From positions 810,001-842,000 of the forward strand of contig CAWJMG010000003.1 of the NCBI GenBank assembly GCA_963843975.1: 32,000 nucleotides of DNA, read 5' to 3'. This document shows, piece by piece, positions 17,243 through 26,031 of this stretch. Within the stretch, counting starts at the first letter, position 1; every line of letters begins with the position of its first letter. A model generated the notes under the pieces. The model saw only the letters and a list, made by a program, of their open reading frames with translations. It was not told the origin of the DNA and did no database searches. A program made the position numbers and the translations under genes. This DNA is from an uncultured Actinomycetes bacterium. GTDB taxonomy: Bacteria; Actinomycetota; Actinomycetes; S36-B12; CAIYMF01.

Positions 17243-18891
17243 GGTCGCGTCGGCTCGGCCTCGCGTCGCTGCTCGTCCCCGTGGTGGTCGTGCTCGCTGC
17301 CCCCACGGCGTCGGCGCACCCGCTCGGCAACCTGTCTGTCAACACCTACGACGGTGTCGTCGTCGCACCCGACGGCGTGCGGGTGGACCACGTGGAAGAC
17401 ATCGCCGAGGTGCCCTCGGTCGCCGCACTGCGGACGGCCGACACGGACGTCGACGGCACCACCTCGCCGGCGGAGCTGGGGGCCTGGGCCGGGAGCCGTT
17501 GCGCCGCAGCCGCTTCGCGGATCCGGGTGGCCGCCGACGGCACGCCCCTCGACCTCGGCGTCCGCACAGCCTCCGCCACGACAGCGCCCGGCCAGGCCGG
17601 TCTGGCCACGGTCCGCGTCGAGTGCGACCTCGGCGCCGACCTCCGCGTGGCGGCAGCCACCGCCGTCACAGTGGACGTCGCCCCTCCGACAGACCTGGGG
17701 TGGCGCGAGATCACGGTCGCGGGCGACGGCACCACTGTGGTGTCCGCGAACGTCCCGTCGGCCAGCGTGAGCGCGCGGCTGACGTCGTACCCCGGCGACC
17801 TCACGACGTCGCCGGACGAGCGGAGCGCAGCCGCAACGATCAAGCCCGGCGGGCCGCGCCTCGCCGTCGCGGCTGCTTCTGGACCGCTCGGTGTCGTCAC
17901 TCGAGGCGTCGACGGGGTGACCACCGCGGTCGAGGGCCTGGCCACCGCGTCGGGCCCGTTCGCGCTGGTGCTGCTCGTGCTCGGCGGCCTCGTGCTCGGC
18001 GCGATGCACGCGCTCGCCCCCGGGCACGGCAAGACGGTCGTGGCGATGGCTGCGCTCGCGGGCCAGGGCGCTCGACGCCGTGAGCTCGCACGGGCCGCCG
18101 CGACCCTCGGCGCGAGCATCACGCTCGCGCACACCGGGAGCGTCGTGCTGGTCGGCGTCGCTCTCACCGCGCTCGGGGCCGTCGTGCCCGCGGCGCTGTT
18201 CCCCGCGCTCGCGGTCGTGGCAGGCGGGATCGTCGTGGCGGTCGGCATCGGCCTGCTGCGCGGTCGCGGCGGCGCCCACGTGCACGGCCCCGGCGGCCAC
18301 ACCCACGGCGACCACGACCACGACCACCACGACCACCACGGCGAGGCTCACGATCACGGGAGTCACCACGGCCACGACGCCCCCGCACCGCCCTCCCCTG
18401 CGCGGAGGCAGGAGGCCGCGCTCTCGGCCACGGCAGTCCTGGACGACACCGGCACCGAGCCCGTCGTGACCGCGCACGTGCACGACCACGCGCACGACCA
18501 CGACCACGACCACGACCACGCGCACGCGCACGCGCATGGCGACCACCCGGAGCACGACACGGGCACCCGGCGTCGCACGCTCGTGGCCCTCGGCGCGGTC
18601 GGCGGTCTCACGCCGAGCCCGACGGCGCTCGTCGTCCTGCTCGGCACCCTCGCCGTGGGGCGGCCCCTGGCGGGCCTGCTCGCGGTCCTCGCCTTCGGGA
18701 TCGGCATGGCCCTGACGCTCGTCGGGGCCGGGCTGCTGGCCGTGGTGCTCGGCCGACGCGCGGCGGACCTCGCGGTCGCGCGCGGGCTGCCGCTCCGGTG
18801 GCTGGCGCTGGTGCCGCGGCTCGCGGGCGCGGCGGTCGTCTGCGCCGGCGTGTTCCTCGCGCTCCGCGGCGTCCTCGACCTCGTCGGCTGA
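17239..18891 (+). CDS. NicO/RcnA-like nickel/cobalt-type permease fused to an N-terminal exported domain, with two His-rich loops
   Basis: Signal peptide ..AAPTASA/HPLGNLSVNTY. Permease signature GAMHALAPGHGKT. His-rich loops HVHGPGGHTHGDHDHDHHDHHGEAHDHGSHHGHD and HVHDHAHDHDHDHDHAHAHAHGDHPEHD. C-terminal TM bundle. Confidence 0.85.
   Translation: MRSRRLGLASLLVPVVVVLAAPTASAHPLGNLSVNTYDGVVVAPDGVRVDHVEDIAEVPSVAALRTADTDVDGTTSPAELGAWAGSRCAAAASRIRVAADGTPLDLGVRTASATTAPGQAGLATVRVECDLGADLRVAAATAVTVDVAPPTDLGWREITVAGDGTTVVSANVPSASVSARLTSYPGDLTTSPDERSAAATIKPGGPRLAVAAASGPLGVVTRGVDGVTTAVEGLATASGPFALVLLVLGGLVLGAMHALAPGHGKTVVAMAALAGQGARRRELARAAATLGASITLAHTGSVVLVGVALTALGAVVPAALFPALAVVAGGIVVAVGIGLLRGRGGAHVHGPGGHTHGDHDHDHHDHHGEAHDHGSHHGHDAPAPPSPARRQEAALSATAVLDDTGTEPVVTAHVHDHAHDHDHDHDHAHAHAHGDHPEHDTGTRRRTLVALGAVGGLTPSPTALVVLLGTLAVGRPLAGLLAVLAFGIGMALTLVGAGLLAVVLGRRAADLAVARGLPLRWLALVPRLAGAAVVCAGVFLALRGVLDLVG
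18277..18379 (+). repeat. His/Asp-coding CAC/GAC-rich repeat block 1 inside the permease gene
   Basis: Runs of cacgac / caccac / cacggc units encoding the first His-rich loop. Confidence 0.6.
18475..18558 (+). repeat. Hexanucleotide microsatellite-like block 2, (CACGAC)n/(CACGCG)n
   Basis: cacgaccacgcgcacgaccacgaccacgaccacgaccacgcgcacgcgcacgcgcat encodes (HD)n(HA)n. Confidence 0.65.
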
Positions 18892-18897
18892 GTCGCC

Positions 18898-19749
18898 TCA
18901 AGCGAGCCGCAGCACCATGAGGTTGTCGCGTGCGTCCTTGCGGTCGTCCGCGACCGCGATCAGGCCGCCGCCCAGGAAGGCGAGGCCCTCAGGCTTCGCC
19001 ACCTTCTTCGGCAGCGGCATCGCGGAGGTCGCGGCGACGGAGCCACCGGGCACCAGCGGGAGTACCAGCTGCGCGAGGCAACGACCCTGGTCCGACAGCA
19101 CCCATACGCCGCCCTCGTGGTCGGGCGCGAGGTCGCTGAGGTCGGATAGATCGTCGGTGCCGTCGCCGTCCCACGGCCACCACGCCAGGGCCACCAGGCC
19201 GTCCTCGTCCAGGGGCGGCGCCCAGCCTTCGTCGTGAGGCGGGAGGTTTGCGGCCGAGACGCCTTGCGGCAGAGCATCTCTCGGGCCGAACTCCACCAGG
19301 CCGGCGGGCTTCTTCTCCTTCGCCACCAGCACGTGGCCATCGCGGAGCAGGAGGACTCCCTCCCCTCGCGAAGCGCCCTGCTTCGACCAGCTGGCGTGCA
19401 GGTCTGCGACGGTGCTCGTGTCGAGGGTGAACCGCGACAAGATGCGCCGCGTAGCGAGGTCGACCCCGCCGACCATCGACGTCCCCTCGGTCAGCACCCA
19501 GACTCGGCCGGCACCGTCGAGCGCCAGCGCCTCGAGCTGCGTGGCGCGCTCCTCGTACCCGGGCCGGGCTCCCACGTCGTCGGCGGTCACCACCTCGAAC
19601 TCGCCGGGCACGCCGTCGACGACCGTGGTGATGGCGAACGCCACGCGGTCGTCGCCGAGTGCGAGCAGCAGGACTCCGGCGTCGGTGCGACGAGCGGTCA
19701 GCCCCGACACCTCGGGCAGGGGCACCGAATGGGTGGCGATCCGCTCCAT
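18898..19749 (-). CDS. Hypothetical protein (no family assigned from sequence alone; somewhat lower third-position G/C than neighbours)
   Basis: ATG at 19749 (MERIATHSVPLPEVSG..). Long uninterrupted ORF with repeated beta-strand-like segments. Convergent with the permease gene. Confidence 0.65.
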   Translation of the reverse strand: MERIATHSVPLPEVSGLTARRTDAGVLLLALGDDRVAFAITTVVDGVPGEFEVVTADDVGARPGYEERATQLEALALDGAGRVWVLTEGTSMVGGVDLATRRILSRFTLDTSTVADLHASWSKQGASRGEGVLLLRDGHVLVAKEKKPAGLVEFGPRDALPQGVSAANLPPHDEGWAPPLDEDGLVALAWWPWDGDGTDDLSDLSDLAPDHEGGVWVLSDQGRCLAQLVLPLVPGGSVAATSAMPLPKKVAKPEGLAFLGGGLIAVADDRKDARDNLMVLRLA

Positions 19750-19807
19750 GCACGCATGGTGGCGCACGGGCCGGGATCCTGGCGGGACTCCGGGACGTTC
19801 ACCCTGC

Positions 19808-20536
19808 GTGGACCCCCTCGCTGCACCGCACGACAGCCTGCTCCAGCGCTACGAGAGGGCGAGCCGTCGACCGCTGGTCGCCGCGGCGATGGCGTACGTG
19901 GTGGCATACGCGCTGCCCGTGCTCATGCCCGCGATGCCCCGGACGGACGCGGGCCTCCTCGACCTGCTGGGTGCGCTGCTGTGGGCCGCGTTCCTGGTCG
20001 ACCTCGGCGTCCGCGCAGTTCTGTCCGGCCGCCCCGGCCGCTGGCTCGTGCGGCACCCGATCGACGTCGTCCTGGTCCTGCTGCCGGTGCTGCGGCCGCT
20101 GCGCGAGCTGCGCGGCCTGACGGCCGACGCCTACACCTCGGGGACGCGTGCCGCCGTCGGGCGCGCGCTGGCCGCGGCGCTGGCCGGCGTCGCCTACCTG
20201 ATGCTGGTCGGCGCTGTCGCCGTGCTCGACGCCGAGCGCTCGGCAGCGGCGTCTCACATCACGACGTTCGGCGACGCCCTCTGGTGGGCAGCGGTGACGG
20301 TCACGACCGTCGGGTACGGCGACACCTACCCCGTCACGGTCGTGGGACGGCTCGTGGCGTTCGCGCTCATGCTCGTCGGGATCAGCCTGCTCGGCGTGCT
20401 CACGGCGTCGGTCGCCGCCTGGTTCGTCGGCCGCACCCGTGAGGTCGAGAACGAGGTGCTGGTCGAGCTCCGCGCTCTGCGTGCCGAGGTCGCCGACCTC
20501 CGCTCGACCGTCGAGCGCGGCTCGTCGTCCCGCTAG
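19808..20536 (+). CDS. Potassium channel family protein
   Basis: Selectivity filter TVTTVGYGD. An S4-like Arg-rich helix LVRHPIDVVLVLLPVLRPLRELRGL. C-terminal coiled coil. GTG 19808 was chosen so that the conserved LQRYERASRRPL lead-in is included. Confidence 0.85.
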   Translation: MDPLAAPHDSLLQRYERASRRPLVAAAMAYVVAYALPVLMPAMPRTDAGLLDLLGALLWAAFLVDLGVRAVLSGRPGRWLVRHPIDVVLVLLPVLRPLRELRGLTADAYTSGTRAAVGRALAAALAGVAYLMLVGAVAVLDAERSAAASHITTFGDALWWAAVTVTTVGYGDTYPVTVVGRLVAFALMLVGISLLGVLTASVAAWFVGRTREVENEVLVELRALRAEVADLRSTVERGSSSR

Positions 20537-21141
20537 CCGACTGCGCCCGTGTCGAGAACGTTGGCCGCGATGCGTTCCGCGATGCCGCGCCGCACCAGGC
20601 TCGCTGCCGCGCTCTCTGGCTTGCGCGCGGCCTCGGCGATGAAGCACGACGTGAACTCCGGCCCGATCCCGAGACGGGGGTGGTGCGCCACGACCTCGGC
20701 GCGCAGATCCTCCGGCCACCAGGACGGGTTGCGACCGCTGATGTCGAGCCCGGTGGCGATTTCGAGGAGGTAGCCCTCGGGATCCGCCGTGACGTCGACC
20801 GAGTCCCACATGTGGCGCTCGATCACCTCGGCGGCGCGCACGCCCCGCTCGGGTGTCCACCCGGCCCCTGCTGCGAACACGCGCGCGACGTCGCCTCCCG
20901 CGCGCTCGAACGGGACCGCATGGCTGTCGAAGGACGCCACGAGCCCGATGTCGTGCAGCATCGACGCCACGTACAGGAGCTCGGCGTCGTACCCGATGCC
21001 GTGCGCGTCGCCGTACGCCGCAGCCCACAGGTACGAGCGCTCGCTGTGGTTGGCGAGCGCCGGCGAGGCGAACGTCGTGACGACCCAGCGAGCCTGTTCG
21101 GCGGCGCTGGTGGAGGGCAGGCCGATGTCTGCGATGCGCAT
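20533..21141 (-). CDS. HD-domain (metal-dependent phosphohydrolase / cyanamide-hydratase-like) protein
   Basis: NHSERSYLW ... ASMLHDIGL (the H..HD signature). ATG at 21141. Its stop overlaps the channel stop in the palindrome CTAG (20533-20536). Confidence 0.75.
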   Translation of the reverse strand: MRIADIGLPSTSAAEQARWVVTTFASPALANHSERSYLWAAAYGDAHGIGYDAELLYVASMLHDIGLVASFDSHAVPFERAGGDVARVFAAGAGWTPERGVRAAEVIERHMWDSVDVTADPEGYLLEIATGLDISGRNPSWWPEDLRAEVVAHHPRLGIGPEFTSCFIAEAARKPESAAASLVRRGIAERIAANVLDTGAVG

Positions 21142-21261
21142 GAGCCGATGCTGGCAGCGCTGCCCGGTCGCGCCCATGCCGTTGACGACAACGAGCGGGA
21201 CGAAACCGCCAGCGGCCATGAGGGATCTGGCCGCACCCCGGTTGTGCGGTCCGGTGCGGGA

Positions 21262-21978
21262 TCACCCCACGACGGTGAAGCCGTGCCGGAAGCCCAGTGC
21301 GGTCAGCGTCTTGATCCCCGGGATGCCGTCGGCGCTGGTGCCTCGGAAGCTCAGACCCCGCTGCCATGCGGCGTACGCCTCCACCGTCCGACGGCCGAAG
21401 GAACCGTCCACGAACTGCTCGTCGAGCAGACCCTCGGCAGCGAGCGCCTTCTCGACGAGCAGGGTCCCGGCCAGGTCCGTCAGGTGTCCCTGTGGGGCCG
21501 GTGGATCCGTGATCGCGGCGGTCTGCACGGACGTCAGCGACACCGTGCCCTTCGCGGGCGGTGCAGCGCCGGTCTTGTCGGGGGCGAGATCGATCCACGA
21601 ACCGTGGAAGTAGGGATCGGCCCACCCGAGGTACTGCGACGTCCGCCAGGACTCCTCGATCCGCCCGATGCGCACGACCGAGATGCGTCCCTTCACCACG
21701 ATGTCGTTGGAGGCGATGGTCCCCGGCGCGACGACGATCGCCGTGTGGCCCCACGTGCCGATGTCCCAATAGGCGACACCGCCGGTCACCGGAGGGCCCG
21801 AATGCTTGTGCGCGTCGGGGATCGCCTTCCAGTGGACGATCGCGGACTCGTACCCCGAGTGCGCCAGGCCGTAGCAGATGCCGACGAAGTGGTCGCAGTG
21901 GCGGCGGTAGTCCTCCGAGGGGTCCTGCGCCTCAGCCAGTGCCGTGGCGACGGCCTTGGTGGCGGTCCGGAGCCGCAT
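21262..21978 (-). CDS. Endolysin-like cell-wall hydrolase: N-terminal Cys/His (CHAP or NlpC/P60-like) domain plus C-terminal peptidoglycan-binding domain; no signal peptide
   Basis: RRHCDHFVGICYGL .. GGVAYWDIGTWGHTAIVV gives a Cys..His papain-like pattern. The C-terminus LVEKALAAEGLLDEQFVDGSFGRRTVEAYAAWQRGLSF..DGIPGIKTLTALG is PG_binding_1-like. ATG at 21978. Confidence 0.65.
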   Translation of the reverse strand: MRLRTATKAVATALAEAQDPSEDYRRHCDHFVGICYGLAHSGYESAIVHWKAIPDAHKHSGPPVTGGVAYWDIGTWGHTAIVVAPGTIASNDIVVKGRISVVRIGRIEESWRTSQYLGWADPYFHGSWIDLAPDKTGAAPPAKGTVSLTSVQTAAITDPPAPQGHLTDLAGTLLVEKALAAEGLLDEQFVDGSFGRRTVEAYAAWQRGLSFRGTSADGIPGIKTLTALGFRHGFTVVG

Positions 21979-22172
21979 GTCACTCGTCGCCTGGGTCGGA
22001 CGGCGCCTTGGAGGGCGCCAGCTCGTCCGGCTCCTCGATGAGCGAGGCGGCCAGGAGGTCGAGGTCCTCAGGGTCAGGAACCGGCATGGCATCCCCTGTC
22101 GCAGGGTCGGACGTCCCGTGAGGATTCTGCGCAGAAGTCGCGACGACCGCTACCCCTCGTCGGGGCGGACGT

Positions 22173-22370
22173 CTTGGGTCGGGACGTCGGGCCAGCGTGA
22201 GGGACGCCGCTCGGATCCTTGGGCTGACAGGATCCGTCGCAGTGGGGCGCCAGGGAGCGACAGGGCGGCGCCTTGGGTCGGGACGTCGGGCCAGCGTGAG
22301 GGACGCCGCTCGGATCCCTGGGCTGACAGGATCCGTCGCAGCGGGGCGCCAGGGAGCGACAGGTGGCGCC
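22173..22370. repeat. Tandem direct repeat, two copies of about 99 bp, each ending in a 13-nt copy of the tRNA-Pro 3' end
   Basis: Copies 22173-22271 and 22272-22370 differ at only a few positions. Each contains GGATCC..GGGCTGACAGGATCC followed by GTCGCAG.GGGGCGCCAGGGAGCGACAGG. Confidence 0.85.
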
Positions 22371-22390
22371 ATCGGCGCGGGGGTCGGGCC

Positions 22391-22491
22391 GGGCGCGAAG
22401 GACTCCTCCCAGATCAGAGGGAGCCCGACACAACGACAGAGGGACGACCTGACGGCCGTCCCTCTGTCGTTCTGTCGGGCTGACAGGATCC
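22391..22491. repeat. Paralogous copy of the tRNA-Pro downstream module (conserved flank + long hairpin + tRNA 3'-end fragment)
   Basis: GGGCGCGAAGGACTCCTC..AGAGGGAGCCCGACA-hairpin-CTGTCGGGCTGACAGGAT matches 22549-22646. The hairpin core sequence differs but remains self-complementary. Confidence 0.75.
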
Positions 22492-22580
22492 GTCGCAGAG
22501 TGGCGCCAGGGAGCGACGGGGCGGCGCCTGCGGCGCGGGGGTCGAGGCGGGCGCGAAGGACTCCTCACAAATCCAGAGGG

Positions 22581-22631
22581 AGCCCGACAGACGACGAAGG
22601 CCGGCCGCAAGCGGCCGGCCTTCGTCGTCTG

Positions 22632-22638
<7 letters not shown>
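22581..22638 (-). terminator. Long GC-rich hairpin immediately 3' of tRNA-Pro, incorporating its last 7 nt
   Basis: AGCCCGACAGACGACGAAGGCCGGCCGC-AA-GCGGCCGGCCTTCGTCGTCTGTCGGGCT. Confidence 0.6.
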
Positions 22639-22705
<67 letters not shown>

Positions 22706-22792
22706 AGCTCCGACCGCGAGGATCACCCGCGATCGGCCCACGAAGGTTACCCCACGTGGTGCGTGCCGATGAAACCGGCCGCTGGCTGCGGC

Positions 22793-24343
22793 TCAGCTCC
22801 GGCGACGCTTCTCGCGCACCCGGAGGTTGACGCGCAGCGGCGTGCCCTCGAAGCCGAACTCCTCGCGCAGCCGGCGCTCGATGAAGCGGCGGTAGCCGGC
22901 CTCGAGGAAGCCCGTCGTGAAGAGCACGAACGTCGGCGGCTTCGTGGTGGCCTGGGTGCCGAACAGGATGCGCGGCTGCTTGCCGCCGCGGACCGGGTGC
23001 GGGTGCGACTGCACGAGCGTGGCGAGGAACGCGTTGAGCCGCGACGTCGGGATGCGGGTCTCCCAGCCCTCCAGCGCCTTGTCCAGCGCCGGCACGAGCT
23101 TGTCGGTGTGCCGACCGGTCCGCGCGCTGATGTTCACCCGCGGCGCCCACGCGACCTGGTGCAGGTCCCGCTCGATCTCGCGCTCGAGGTACTTGCGGCG
23201 CTCGTCGTCCATCAGGTCCCACTTGTTGAACGCGAGCACGAGCGCGCGTCCGCTCTCGACCACCATCGAGAGGATCCGGGTGTCCTGCTCCGCCATCGGC
23301 TTGTCGGCCTCGAGGAGGACGACGGCGACCTCGGCCTGGTCGAGCGCGGACTTTGTGCGCAGCGACGCGTAGTACTCGTGACCGCTCGCCTCATGCACTC
23401 GCTTGCGGATACCGGCGGTGTCGACGAAACGCCATGTCACGCCTGCGATCTCGACGAGCTCGTCGACGGGGTCGACCGTCGTTCCGGCGACGGAGTCGAC
23501 CACCACGCGCTGCTCCCCCGCGAGCTGGTTGAGCAGGCTCGACTTGCCGACGTTGGGCTTGCCCAGCAGCGCGATGCGACGGGGGCCCTTCGGCTCGGCG
23601 ACTCGGGAGCCCTCGTCGGGGAGGATCGCGATGAGGTTGTCGAGCATGTCGCCCATGCCGCGGCCCTGCAGCGACGACACCGGCTGGGGCTCGCCGAGTC
23701 CGAGCGACCACAGCATCGCCGCGTCCGCCTCGCCGCGACTGTCGTCGACCTTGTTGGCGATGAGGAGCACGGGCTTCTTGGTGCCGCGCAGCACCTTGAC
23801 GACGTCCTCGTCGGCGTCGGTCGCCCCGACCGTCGCGTCGAGCACGAACATCACGGCGTCGGCCTCGCGCATCGCGCGCTCGGCCTGAGCGGCCACCTGC
23901 GCAGCCATGCCCTTCGCCTCGCGCTCCCAGCCGCCGGTGTCCACCAGCAGGAACCGGTGACCGGACCACTCGCCCTTGTAGGTCACGCGATCGCGGGTGA
24001 CTCCAGGGACGTCCTCGACCACCGCTTCGCGGCGGCCGATGATGCGGTTGACAAGCGTCGACTTGCCCACGTTGGGGCGCCCGACGACCGCGACGACGGG
24101 CAGCAGCTCGTCGTCGTCCTCGTCGTCCCACGACGTGTCGTCGAGGTCGAAGCCGAAGGCGGCGAGCGTCTCCGCCGAGATCTCCTCGTCGTCGCCGAGG
24201 TCGCCGAGGTCCGGGAGGTCGTCGTCATCGAGGTCGTCGACGACGATCACCTCGTCGTCGTCCCAGGCGGCGTCGTCGATGTCGGCGCTCGGCTCGAGAG
24301 CCGACCCCTCGCGGAGGTCGTCGGGCTGGTCGTCGGGGGTCAC
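22793..24343 (-). CDS. der: Ribosome-associated GTPase Der (EngA) with a long acidic N-terminal extension
   Basis: Two G domains ([17 protein letters not shown]; [21 protein letters not shown]) plus a KH-like C-terminus. GTG at 24343 overlaps the upstream stop (GTGA). Confidence 0.95.
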   Translation of the reverse strand: MTPDDQPDDLREGSALEPSADIDDAAWDDDEVIVVDDLDDDDLPDLGDLGDDEEISAETLAAFGFDLDDTSWDDEDDDELLPVVAVVGRPNVGKSTLVNRIIGRREAVVEDVPGVTRDRVTYKGEWSGHRFLLVDTGGWEREAKGMAAQVAAQAERAMREADAVMFVLDATVGATDADEDVVKVLRGTKKPVLLIANKVDDSRGEADAAMLWSLGLGEPQPVSSLQGRGMGDMLDNLIAILPDEGSRVAEPKGPRRIALLGKPNVGKSSLLNQLAGEQRVVVDSVAGTTVDPVDELVEIAGVTWRFVDTAGIRKRVHEASGHEYYASLRTKSALDQAEVAVVLLEADKPMAEQDTRILSMVVESGRALVLAFNKWDLMDDERRKYLEREIERDLHQVAWAPRVNISARTGRHTDKLVPALDKALEGWETRIPTSRLNAFLATLVQSHPHPVRGGKQPRILFGTQATTKPPTFVLFTTGFLEAGYRRFIERRLREEFGFEGTPLRVNLRVREKRRRS

Positions 24344-25038
24344 GTGGTGCTCCGGTGGTCTGAGGTGGACACGGGCAGGGGGCCGGGAAGGTCCTGCCCC
24401 GTACGTCGGACTGCTTCGTTGACGTGGTCGGACAGCGCCTGGCGCAGACGCTCCCCCGAGCGGGCCACGACAGCGCGGCGGCGCGCGTCGCCCGCGACCG
24501 CGATCGCGACCGGTGCGCCGAACACCACGTGCACGGTGGAACGCAGCCGGGGCAGCGCATCCTTCCCGGCTCCGTCGGGCCGCGCACCGAGGATCGCCAC
24601 GGGCACGACTGGCGCGGTGCTGAGAGAGGCCAGGTAGGCCGCGCCGTGACGCAGGTGCTGGACGTCCCCTGCCCCACGGTGAGCCTCAGGGAAGACGCCG
24701 ATCACGCCGTCCGCTGCCAGCACCTCGAGGGCCTGGAGAAGAGCACTGCGATCGGGGCCGTCGTACTCGAGGCGGATCTGGCTGGTGGCGCGCATGAGGC
24801 GGTCGATCGGCGGCACGAAGATCTCGCTCTTGGCGAGCACGTGCACGGGTCGCGGGCTCGCTGCAGCGAGGACGATCCCGTCGAGGAACGCGGTGTGGTT
24901 CGCCACGAGGATCACAGCACCGTCGGCCGGCACGTGGTGGGAACCGGTGACGCGCACCTTCCACAGCCGTGAGACCAGGGCAGCGAGGTTGCGGCCGGTC
25001 GCGGCCCCGGAGGTGCTGAGGGGCTGGGGCTCGATCAC
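24340..25038 (-). CDS. 1-acyl-sn-glycerol-3-phosphate (lysophospholipid) acyltransferase family protein
   Basis: The acyltransferase HxxxxD motif ([10 protein letters not shown]) and FPEAHRG. The GTG at 25038 overlaps the cmk stop. Confidence 0.85.
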   Translation of the reverse strand: MIEPQPLSTSGAATGRNLAALVSRLWKVRVTGSHHVPADGAVILVANHTAFLDGIVLAAASPRPVHVLAKSEIFVPPIDRLMRATSQIRLEYDGPDRSALLQALEVLAADGVIGVFPEAHRGAGDVQHLRHGAAYLASLSTAPVVPVAILGARPDGAGKDALPRLRSTVHVVFGAPVAIAVAGDARRRAVVARSGERLRQALSDHVNEAVRRTGQDLPGPLPVSTSDHRSTT

Positions 25039-25751
25039 GGGGCGGTCCGCTCGCGCACGAGGCCGGCCACGACTGCGACGACCTCGGCGAGCCCGAGGTG
25101 GGTGGCGTCGACCACCACGGCGTCAGCCGCCTGGGCGGTGGGAGACGCGGCGCGGGTCGCGTCGGCCCGGTCGCGGCGCGCGAGGTCGGCGGCGATGACC
25201 TCGGGCGCGGTCACGTGGGCGCGGCCCGCCGCGGCGTCCTCCGCAGCCCGCCGGGCAGCACGGACGGCCGGGTCGGCCACGAGCCACACCTTGAGGTCGG
25301 CCTCGGGCAGGACGACCGCGCCGATGTCGCGGCCCTCGACGACGATGCCCTGGCCGGCGGCGAGTGCCGTCTCGACCGCACCACGCTGGAGCTCGACGAG
25401 CTGAGCACGCACCTCGGGGACGGCTGCCACGGCGGAGACGGCCGAGGTCACCGACTGCTCACGGATGGCCCGCGAGACGTCCACCCCGTCGAGGCGCACC
25501 CACGACTCATCCGGATCGGTGGACCACTCGAGGTCGGCGGCGCGGGCCGAGCCGGCCACGGCCGCGGGGTCCTCCGTCGGCACGCCGTCGCGGAGGACCG
25601 CCCAGGTGATCGCGCGGTACATCGCCCCCGTGTCGAGGTAGCGCAGGCCCAGCTCACGCGCCACGCCCCGCGACACGCTCGACTTGCCCGAGCCCGACGG
25701 GCCGTCGACGGCGACGACAGCCGTGGCGGGGCCGACGGTGCGGGGGTCCAT
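25035..25751 (-). CDS. cmk: Cytidylate kinase
   Basis: VVAVDGPSGSGKSSVSRGVARELGLRYLDTGAMYRA (P-loop) and VVEGRDIGAVVLP. Confidence 0.93.
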   Translation of the reverse strand: MDPRTVGPATAVVAVDGPSGSGKSSVSRGVARELGLRYLDTGAMYRAITWAVLRDGVPTEDPAAVAGSARAADLEWSTDPDESWVRLDGVDVSRAIREQSVTSAVSAVAAVPEVRAQLVELQRGAVETALAAGQGIVVEGRDIGAVVLPEADLKVWLVADPAVRAARRAAEDAAAGRAHVTAPEVIAADLARRDRADATRAASPTAQAADAVVVDATHLGLAEVVAVVAGLVRERTAP

Positions 25752-26031
25752 GCGGGGCTCCGGGTGCTGAGGGGTCGGACGGCTGACGGGCGGGCGCGCC
25801 CGCGCGCGGACGGCCTCCAGAGCCTACGGCCACGAGGAGGTGGCTCCGCCCGGAGCGGGCGCTCGCGCGACGTGACGTGAGACCGATCCGGCGATGGAGC
25901 GACCTGTCGCCGTGTCGACATTTCACAGTGAAGTGGAAGCTGTCGTTGGTGGGTTCTCATGTCGACTTACCGCTCTAGTGCTAGAGCCATACCGGGTGCG
26001 TCGGTGCAGGTCAGGGGCTTGGACCAGCCCA

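Noticed and set aside
18898-22170. Intact prophage or genomic island next to tRNA-Pro.
   Set aside because: No integrase, recombinase, capsid or terminase genes are present. The K+ channel, HD protein and hypothetical gene have no mobile-element signatures. Only scars and one endolysin-like gene support past integration.
21944-22610. ORFs crossing the repeat array (21944..22483 +, 21980..22372 -, 22074..22610 -, 22197..22640 +), which have internally repeated peptides.
   Set aside because: The peptide repeats merely mirror the DNA tandem repeats and hairpins. The ORFs are open in several frames at once, and there is no start context. Only the last 35 codons of 21980..22372 have any coding-like bias; that ORF is discussed under the endolysin-like hydrolase finding.
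25918-25934. parS-like sequence CATTTCACAGTGAAGTG upstream of cmk.
   Set aside because: The half-sites TTTCAC/GTGAA resemble parS (GTTTCACGTGAAAC), but an extra central base breaks the required spacing and the outer positions differ. It is unlikely to be a ParB site.
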